A stretch of 64,000 nucleotides of DNA from a virus. Position 1 is the first letter of the stretch. Every line of letters starts with the position of its first letter. Made by a program: the position numbers and the translations under genes. Where the stretch lies: IMG/VR virus record IMGVR_UViG_3300020159_002019, positions 32,001 to 96,000 of that record; one strand, 5' to 3'. Below, piece after piece: positions 57,453 to 64,000 of this stretch. The notes below the pieces were generated by a model. It saw only the letters and a program-made list of their open reading frames with translations. It was not told the DNA's origin and made no database searches.

Positions 57453-58234
57453 AAGAACTAATAAGAAAAATATTAAGGGAAGAGGTTGGGATGAAATCCA
57501 CCGATAAAGAATTTGATGAGATTAAGGATTCTTGGTTTTATAGATTAAGAAATTATACATTGGGAGATATTGTAGATAATTGGGATTCGTTAAAAAATAA
57601 CGAAAATGATAACATACAAACAATAAAATATTTTGTTGAAAATCCTGATAAGATAACTGACTTAATTTATGATGAAAAAGGTTTGGAAGATGGATATCAC
57701 AGATTGACCGCTGCTAAAATATTGGGGATACCAAAATTTAAATATATAAAGGGAGAAACCATAACTGAAAGTCGTGTTAAGAAGAGTGATAGGATTGATA
57801 TTTATAGGGATGAGAACATAGTGGTTGTCGCCCCTTTAACCCACGAAGCATTACAAAAATACGCGAGTGAATGTGCTTGGTGTATAAATCGCGATAAATA
57901 CGAATGGACACATTACCATCAAGGTAAGATTGCTGTTATAATACAAAGAAAACCTAAAAAAAATAAAATAGGTAAAACAGAACAAGAAACTTCGGAGGAG
58001 ATTTATGACTTTACCCATAATGGGACGAGAAATCAAGAAGAAGATCATTATTTTGATGACCTAATTAGTAGTATGAGTAATTTTGATACCAACATTGTTT
58101 ATTATAACCCCAGTGAAAGTATTATCTATGATAAAGGTGATAATTGTATGAGTGATTTTGGTTATTCTATCTATGATATTCCATATATAACTGAAGAAAT
58201 TATAAAGAAAATAAAATCAACTTTAATGAATTAG
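57449..58234 (+). CDS. ParB-like N-terminal domain plus WC-motif domain protein
   Basis: LEDGYHRLTAAKILG; VVVAPLTHEALQKYASECAWCI. Confidence 0.6.
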   Translation: MKELIRKILREEVGMKSTDKEFDEIKDSWFYRLRNYTLGDIVDNWDSLKNNENDNIQTIKYFVENPDKITDLIYDEKGLEDGYHRLTAAKILGIPKFKYIKGETITESRVKKSDRIDIYRDENIVVVAPLTHEALQKYASECAWCINRDKYEWTHYHQGKIAVIIQRKPKKNKIGKTEQETSEEIYDFTHNGTRNQEEDHYFDDLISSMSNFDTNIVYYNPSESIIYDKGDNCMSDFGYSIYDIPYITEEIIKKIKSTLMN

Positions 58235-58758
58235 AAGCCACGAAATTCCGTAATATCCACAGGAACACATAAGATTTTATTATAAAAAGTTTTATACCCA
58301 CCACGAGTTTTTTCGGTTTCAGCTTCAATCCTATTAGGATCTACAACTTTATAATATTTAACATTTGTTTCACTATCCGCATACCCAACAAAATCACCCA
58401 ATTCTATATCACATTTCTTTTCTTCCAATTGTTTTTTATAAACATAAAATGTAAGATTGCCATAATCCTCATAGAATAATGTACCATTAGGGTTATATGA
58501 TTTTGGAGCATTATCCTCAATACTTACCAATACTTTCAGTTCAATTGGGGGTTTAAATCTTATTTCATCTTGAAGAGTTTCTCCGTAAATATCGTCATAA
58601 TTTGTTTTTTGTCTGTCTATTTGATATAAGACAACTGTAAAGTTATTATCATCTTCTAGGTATTCGCGGCCCATTTCTATGTCAAGCGAAAAATCTACAT
58701 CGTCATACCATTTTGATAATCTGGTAATAGGTATTTTTTTGTTATTTAATGGATTCAT
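58231..58758 (-). CDS. putative neck/head-tail joining protein
   Basis: DDIYGE..F.PPIEL and IELGDFV pattern. Confidence 0.55.
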   Translation of the reverse strand: MNPLNNKKIPITRLSKWYDDVDFSLDIEMGREYLEDDNNFTVVLYQIDRQKTNYDDIYGETLQDEIRFKPPIELKVLVSIEDNAPKSYNPNGTLFYEDYGNLTFYVYKKQLEEKKCDIELGDFVGYADSETNVKYYKVVDPNRIEAETEKTRGGYKTFYNKILCVPVDITEFRGF

Positions 58759-58818
58759 TTCTAATAAATATTTGTTTTTAATATTTTATTGTTTATAGTT
58801 ATGATAATTAAAAAAATT

Positions 58819-59295
58819 ATGAAATTTGAGATACCTAAAAAAATGTCTATGGTGGATGCCAAGAACATTAAAGATATTAAATTATACATTAGTGATTATA
58901 TAAATACTAATGGTAGTGTGAAATTATTCATTGGTTGTGATTCAAAACAATCTGGGGATTTTACTACTTATGCGGTATCTGCTGTTCTATATAAAAAAGG
59001 ATTGGGTGGGCATGTTGTGTATTCCATTGATAAAGTTCCAAGAATTAGGGATATGTTTACTAAATTATGGGGTGAAGTAGAAAGAACAAAAGAGTTTTTA
59101 GAATACTTAGGTGAAGATATGAAACCTTTTGTTGAGGAAGTTCATTTAGATTTTAATCCATCACCCACACATAAATCAAATATGGTGCATGATGCGGGTA
59201 TTGGATTAATTAGTTCTATGGGTTATAAAGCAATTGCTAAATACGGTAGTTGGTGTGCCACACACGCGAGTGATAAAATATTAAAAAATGAGTAA
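58819..59295 (+). CDS. RNase H-like YkuK (DUF458) family protein
   Basis: LFIGCDSKQ, KLWGEVE, EVHLDFN, ATHASD motifs. Confidence 0.8.
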   Translation: MKFEIPKKMSMVDAKNIKDIKLYISDYINTNGSVKLFIGCDSKQSGDFTTYAVSAVLYKKGLGGHVVYSIDKVPRIRDMFTKLWGEVERTKEFLEYLGEDMKPFVEEVHLDFNPSPTHKSNMVHDAGIGLISSMGYKAIAKYGSWCATHASDKILKNE

Positions 59296-59303
59296 TAGAT
59301 AAA

Positions 59304-59909
59304 ATGGAAAATAAAGATTGGGTAGGGAATAAGAATAGTATTTTTAAAACATTAGGTGCGAGTAATCATACGGATAAAGAGCGTGAAAATGATGATTTTT
59401 ATGCTACAGATCCTGATGCTGGTAAAATGTTATTAGATTTAGTTGAGTTAAATAAGAATATTTGGGAATGTGCTTGTGGTCAAGGACATCTAAGTGAAAT
59501 ATTTAAAAATGCTGAACATAATGTTAAATCAACAGATTTAGTTGATAGGGGTTATGGTGAAACAGGTATTGATTTTTTATCACAAACTGAATTATTTGAT
59601 GGTGATATCGTAACAAATCCACCATATAAATACGCTAAGGAGTTTGTTGAGAAAGGATTGGAATTAGTGAATGATGGTAATAAAGTTATTATGTTTCTTA
59701 AATTACAATTTATGGAAGGTAAAGCCAGAAAAAAGTTATTTACTAAACACCCACCAAAAACAATTTACGTATCTTCAAGTAGAATAACCTGTGCTAAAAA
59801 TGCTGATTTTGAAATGATGAAAGCGGGTGGTGGTTCTGCCGTAGCCTATGCTTGGTATGTATGGGAAAAGGGTTTTAATGGGGAAACTATCGTAAAATGG
59901 TTTAACTAA
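59304..59909 (+). CDS. DNA adenine methyltransferase
   Basis: DFYATDP, WECACGQG, VTNPPY, YAWYVWEKG. Confidence 0.85.
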   Translation: MENKDWVGNKNSIFKTLGASNHTDKERENDDFYATDPDAGKMLLDLVELNKNIWECACGQGHLSEIFKNAEHNVKSTDLVDRGYGETGIDFLSQTELFDGDIVTNPPYKYAKEFVEKGLELVNDGNKVIMFLKLQFMEGKARKKLFTKHPPKTIYVSSSRITCAKNADFEMMKAGGGSAVAYAWYVWEKGFNGETIVKWFN

Positions 59910-59947
59910 TATTTGTTTATTTAAGTTTTAATTCATACATTTGTAAA

Positions 59948-60439
59948 ATGGTTAAAGTATTAGCGAGATTTTTATTTTGGGGTATGTTGAAGAAACAAGG
60001 GATTACCGATTCTAATGTTGAGAATCAGGATAATACCTATTTCATATCAATTAATTCAACTGAAGGGAATGATATGGAGCCTTATTTTAAGGAAAAACAT
60101 TCAAATGTATTGACATTATATTTTGATGATTGTAATGAATATAAAAAACATCCCATTATTGGTTGTTCTGGTGAGTTCTACGAGCAAATACCTATGAGTG
60201 AAGAACAAGCGTTAGAGGTGGTTAATTTCGTTGAAAAAATGAATGAAAACTCTAAAGTGTATGTTCATTGTACTGCTGGCGTATCAAGAAGTGGTGCTGT
60301 TGGTGCATTTATAAATGATTATTTTGGTATGAGTTGGGATAAGTTTAAGTTTGATAACCCACAAGTGATTCCAAATTCACATATATCATCATTGTTAAAG
60401 AAGGTGTATTATGGGAAATATCCTGACATATATAAATAA
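59948..60439 (+). CDS. dual-specificity/tyrosine phosphatase family protein
   Basis: VHCTAGVSRS (CX5R) motif. Confidence 0.88.
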   Translation: MVKVLARFLFWGMLKKQGITDSNVENQDNTYFISINSTEGNDMEPYFKEKHSNVLTLYFDDCNEYKKHPIIGCSGEFYEQIPMSEEQALEVVNFVEKMNENSKVYVHCTAGVSRSGAVGAFINDYFGMSWDKFKFDNPQVIPNSHISSLLKKVYYGKYPDIYK

Positions 60440-60468
60440 AAAAAGGGGTTTATTTAACCCCTTTTTTT
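60437..60468. terminator. bidirectional terminator
   Basis: AAAAAAAGGGGTT/AACCCCTTTTTTT between convergent genes. Confidence 0.7.
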
Positions 60469-61352
60469 ATGATTAAAATTTCGTGTGATTCTTTAACTAT
60501 TTTACCTTCATTTAATTCTAATCTATTTTTACCAATTCTTTTTTCACCATTAGACATAGAATAATTCCATTCAGGAAAATAGAAATCGAAATCTTTATAA
60601 TATTCTCTTATGGTTTCACAATTATTATATGAAAGAACAAAATCTCCTTTATGTTCTAATAACATATCTCTTAGAAGTTGGTGGTTGAAACCTGAATGAT
60701 GAACATCTATATTTTTCATCGGATACATACCTTTATGCATTTTATTATCACTATCTTTATCCAAGTAGTAAGGTGGGTCTAAATAAAGAAAATTTTCTTT
60801 ATGTTTATCTAAAGTCACATCAAAAGTTTGATTATAAACAGATAAGTTTGGACAACTAAATAATCTTACATTGTTTATCATATCACCCCATTTTTTATCC
60901 GTTAAATAAACACTACTACCCCAACCAAGATAACCGGGCCCATATGAACAATTATGGTTGAAATAATAATAAGCTGCTAATGTAATATCATCTAAAGTAA
61001 TAACATCATTTCTTTTATAGTAGTCGGTATTCCAATTTTTAAGCAATTCTTGTGTTTTATCACATTTAATGAGAATATCTTTTATTCTACTATATTCTTC
61101 ATTGGTTGGATTTATTTCACTCATTTTTTGAGATAATTCATTTGGTTTAGATAATAAAACATTCCAAAAGTTAGTCAGAACATCAAATACATCATAACCA
61201 ATAACTGTCTTATTTAAATTACCAGCCCAATGAACTTCTAATGAACCACCACCAATAAAGGGAGAAATAATTTTATCGTAATCAACTATGAATGGTGTAA
61301 TATGTTTAATTGCCTTTGATTTACCGCCAGCGTATCTAATAATTGTTTTCAT
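60450..61352 (-). CDS. dam: Dam-like (D12 class) DNA adenine methyltransferase
   Basis: RYAGGKS, SPFIGGGS, YLDPPY, LSYN motifs. Confidence 0.88.
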   Translation of the reverse strand: MKTIIRYAGGKSKAIKHITPFIVDYDKIISPFIGGGSLEVHWAGNLNKTVIGYDVFDVLTNFWNVLLSKPNELSQKMSEINPTNEEYSRIKDILIKCDKTQELLKNWNTDYYKRNDVITLDDITLAAYYYFNHNCSYGPGYLGWGSSVYLTDKKWGDMINNVRLFSCPNLSVYNQTFDVTLDKHKENFLYLDPPYYLDKDSDNKMHKGMYPMKNIDVHHSGFNHQLLRDMLLEHKGDFVLSYNNCETIREYYKDFDFYFPEWNYSMSNGEKRIGKNRLELNEGKIVKESHEILIIKKGVK

Positions 61353-61435
61353 AATAAAAATATATGGTTTGATGATATAAAAACATAGATATAGGTAATA
61401 TTTATTTTTAGTAATCTTATACTTATATATGGTGT

Positions 61436-61492
61436 ATGAGTAAAATTAAAATGTTGGTTACAACGATAGATGGCGCTGGTGTGGGTGCTTAA
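61436..61492 (+). pseudogene. stranded original 5' end of the glycosyltransferase (MSKIKMLVTTIDGAGVGA*)
   Basis: Joins in frame to YRMRWPH at 62628 if the intervening element is removed. Confidence 0.75.
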
Positions 61493-62255
61493 TATTTTTT
61501 ATTTCATTTAATATAAAATCAATACCTTTTTCTTTGTAATCATACTCCCAAATCGTAATAACGGTAAATCCTTTACTCTCACCTAATATGGTTTTTTGTT
61601 TATCATATTCCCATAATTCTTTTGCCGTCATACCCTTTTTTTTGTTCATATAATCACTATTATATAATTTAGGGTTACAATGCCAGTAATCACCATTGAA
61701 CTCAATTAGAATGTTTTTATTGGGTATATGGAAATCAAATAATTTACCTTCAATGTTGAAGTTTAATTTTATATCGTTATAATTTTTTTTAAGTAGAGAT
61801 AGTATTTCATTTTGTGTTTTTGATGTTGGCGAGTATTTTAATTTACCTAATTTATGTCTATTAGACATAACTTTCTTCATTTTTTCTCTGGTTTTTTCTA
61901 AATTACCACTATCCCAAGACTTTTTAAGACCTTCAGAAACTTTTTTTCTATTTTCAGGTTTATTCATAGCGTTAGCGTCACCACAACCCTTATTTTTTCT
62001 TGATTTTGATATTTTTTTTATTGACTCTTCATTGTGTTTTTTACCCGCAAATGGATTACCTGAACCTGTTTGTGATATTACTGTACATTTATGACATTTT
62101 TTATTTTTCTTAGTAAAGGTTTTTATGTTTCGTATTAAATAATATTTGGCGTTTTTTTGATTACCATCTGTTGAATGTGTTATTTTATCACCACAAATAG
62201 GGCAATTTCTATTAGCGTAATACCTACCATTTTCATATTTTATATCTATATCCAT
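61458..62255 (-). CDS. homing-type endonuclease (zinc finger, NUMOD3-like, Vsr/DUF559 nuclease)
   Basis: CPIC..CHKC, NPFAGKKHNEESIKKIS, FDF..LIEFNGDYWH, ITIWE motifs. Confidence 0.82.
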   Translation of the reverse strand: MDIDIKYENGRYYANRNCPICGDKITHSTDGNQKNAKYYLIRNIKTFTKKNKKCHKCTVISQTGSGNPFAGKKHNEESIKKISKSRKNKGCGDANAMNKPENRKKVSEGLKKSWDSGNLEKTREKMKKVMSNRHKLGKLKYSPTSKTQNEILSLLKKNYNDIKLNFNIEGKLFDFHIPNKNILIEFNGDYWHCNPKLYNSDYMNKKKGMTAKELWEYDKQKTILGESKGFTVITIWEYDYKEKGIDFILNEIKNIKHPHQRHLSL

Positions 62256-62428
62256 TATATAATAAAATCTTCATTTATTTTATTGTTTTTTAATAAATCT
62301 CTATAAACTAAATGCTCAATATACTTAGATTTATTTTTATGTGATTCACCCATAATCTTATCTAATTCAGGATTTAAGGTTATACTTACTTTAACTTTCT
62401 TTTTTCCTTCTTCTATTTTATTTCTCAT
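62255..62428 (-). CDS. small ribbon-helix-helix protein
   Basis: KKKVKVSITLNPEL..NKSKYIEHLV; ATG start at 62428. Confidence 0.65.
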   Translation of the reverse strand: MRNKIEEGKKKVKVSITLNPELDKIMGESHKNKSKYIEHLVYRDLLKNNKINEDFII

Positions 62429-62523
62429 ATTATATAAATACACAAAAAAAATAAAAAACAAGATTTTTATAGTATTTTTTCATTAATGTTTATTTTTCTT
62501 ACTACATTAGTTATATATGGTGT

Positions 62524-62616
62524 ATGAAAAATAACGAAATTACGGGAGAACAAAAATACAACCCTGGCAAGATCAAGATGTTGGTGACAACTATTGATGG
62601 TGCTGGGGTTGGTTGA
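62524..62616 (+). CDS. recoded replacement 5' segment of the glycosyltransferase (ends GAGVG*)
   Basis: Encodes KIKMLVTTIDGAGVG with synonymous changes; stops at TGA 62614-62616. Confidence 0.65.
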   Translation: MKNNEITGEQKYNPGKIKMLVTTIDGAGVG

Positions 62617-63776
62617 ATAAAGGTGCTTATAGAATGAGATGGCCTCACGTTCATCTACAAGAAATGTTTCAGGATGAAATACATATAGATATTATTGATA
62701 TATCTGACTTTACAGATATTACAATATATAAAGATTATAATATTATATTCTGTCATAGAAGTTTAACTCCTGATATTGGAGCAACTCCTGAAATATATAA
62801 AAGATTAAAACAACAAAACCCTAATCAAATTATTATTGGTGATATTGACGATCATTGGTTGGTTGATCCATCACACGGATTATATCAAATCATCAAGTTC
62901 CAACAAATAGATAAAAAGATTGTTGAGAATTTAAAAATATTTGATTATGTGACAACAACCAATTTATATTTCGCTTCTAAGATAAGGCAATATAATAAGA
63001 ATGTGGTAATATTCCCAAATGCTATTAATCCAAGAGATAGACAATTTATCCCTAATAGGGAAGAAAATGATAAGATTGGTATTGGTTATTTAGGTGGTTC
63101 ATCACATTTAAAAGATTTACAATTATTGCATGGTGTGACGAATGTTCTATCAGGCGATAAGTCCGTTATGGATAAGATACAATTGGTTTTATGTGGTTTT
63201 GATTTAAGGGGGACAAAAACAACCATAAATGCTCAAACTGGGGAACAAATGCAAGAACCGATTAAACCTCACGAAACTGTTTGGTATGATTACGAAAAAA
63301 TTGTAACGGATAATTATAATATTATTTCACCACAATATAAGAACTATTTAGATAGATTTACTCAAGGATCATTTGATGATAAGAATGAACCGTATAGAAG
63401 AAGATGGACATTACCAATCAACAAATATGCTACAAACTATAACTACTTTGATATATCATTGGCTCCATTAGTAGAAACTGAGTTTAATAGGGTTAAATCG
63501 TCATTGAAGGTAATGGAAGCAGGTTTCCATAAGAAAGCTTTAATTGCGTCACATATTGAACCATATTCAGAAGATATTATTGATGGTAAGAATGGGTTTT
63601 TAATTGAACAAAAAAGAAGTCATAAAGATTGGCATAAAACAATTAAGAAATTGGTTAATAACCCTGAACAAATAAAAGATATGGGTGAAGCGTTATATGA
63701 AACCGTAAAGGAAAAATATAACTTAGATTTTGTATCAAAAAATAGGATGGAATTTTATAGGTCAGTAATAAAATGA
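62613..63776 (+). CDS. glycosyltransferase (GT-B/GT4-like), main body
   Basis: YRMRWPH, DIDDHW, GYLGGSSHLKDL, DISLAPL..FNRVKSSLKVMEAG. Confidence 0.85.
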   Translation: MNKGAYRMRWPHVHLQEMFQDEIHIDIIDISDFTDITIYKDYNIIFCHRSLTPDIGATPEIYKRLKQQNPNQIIIGDIDDHWLVDPSHGLYQIIKFQQIDKKIVENLKIFDYVTTTNLYFASKIRQYNKNVVIFPNAINPRDRQFIPNREENDKIGIGYLGGSSHLKDLQLLHGVTNVLSGDKSVMDKIQLVLCGFDLRGTKTTINAQTGEQMQEPIKPHETVWYDYEKIVTDNYNIISPQYKNYLDRFTQGSFDDKNEPYRRRWTLPINKYATNYNYFDISLAPLVETEFNRVKSSLKVMEAGFHKKALIASHIEPYSEDIIDGKNGFLIEQKRSHKDWHKTIKKLVNNPEQIKDMGEALYETVKEKYNLDFVSKNRMEFYRSVIK

Positions 63777-64000
63777 GGACTATAAATCAATACATTATTG
63801 AAAACAAACGGAAAGTTAAATTAAATTTAAGAACCGTTAATGTTAATGTTGGTGCTCGACCAATTAGAGCGATTTGGACACCTGAAATGGTTCAAGATAT
63901 TTCTGCGTTTCATAATATAGATGCTGAGGCTGAATTATCTAGAATATTAAATGAAGAATTAAGTAGGAATATTGATTATCAAATTATTAGGAATTTTTTA
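63773..64000 (+). CDS. short protein resembling an internal segment of T4 gp23 major capsid protein (runs off the window)
   Basis: RPIRAIWTPEMVQDISAFHNIDAEAELSRILNEELSRNID starts about 28 aa after an ATG coupled to the upstream gene. Confidence 0.65.
   Translation, partial: MRTINQYIIENKRKVKLNLRTVNVNVGARPIRAIWTPEMVQDISAFHNIDAEAELSRILNEELSRNIDYQIIRNFL

Larger units (their letters stand above)
61484..62629. mobile_element. endonuclease cassette flanked by 8-bp direct repeats GGTGCTTA
   Basis: Repeats at 61484-61491 and 62622-62629; carries endonuclease, RHH gene and a recoded 5' exon copy. Confidence 0.65.

Noticed and set aside
61492-62621. Group I/II intron or IS element
   Set aside because: No ribozyme core or splice-site consensus, no transposase motif or terminal inverted repeats; the insert is almost entirely antisense coding sequence.
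1-64000. Stop-codon reassignment (as in Lak/crAss-like phages)
   Set aside because: Genes are intact in code 11, TAG and TGA terminate genes normally, and no suppressor tRNA was seen.

Overview
AT-rich segment of a very large T4-like (jumbo/mega) myophage genome, standard genetic code. The host is probably a Bacteroidetes: there are repeated TTTG-N19-20-TAnnTTTG promoters, few Shine-Dalgarno motifs and a T9SS-type C-terminal domain. It holds tail fibre, baseplate and tape-measure genes, replication genes (RecA/UvsX, gp32-like SSB, SNF2 helicase, primase), a sigma factor, glycosyltransferases, four DNA methyltransferases, a cohesin/dockerin/CsgG/lectin envelope operon, ClpP, YqeY, a Ro60/TROVE-like vWA protein and 27 recognisable tRNA genes covering all 20 amino acids in three arrays. 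Main finding: each tRNA array is preceded by a short leader ORF absent from the ORF track, plus a mutually exclusive antiterminator/terminator. Each leader is built mainly from codons for the amino acids whose tRNAs lie in that array, which suggests a ribosome-stalling attenuator sensing many tRNAs at once. Other findings: Y-RNA-like/tRNA-mimic RNAs next to the Ro60-like gene, a pseudoknotted ncRNA, an endonuclease cassette that splits a glycosyltransferase and carries a recoded replacement 5' end (possible ribosomal hop), a likely +1 frameshift in a tail chaperone, and a stand-alone major-capsid fragment. All calls were made by eye without database searches.
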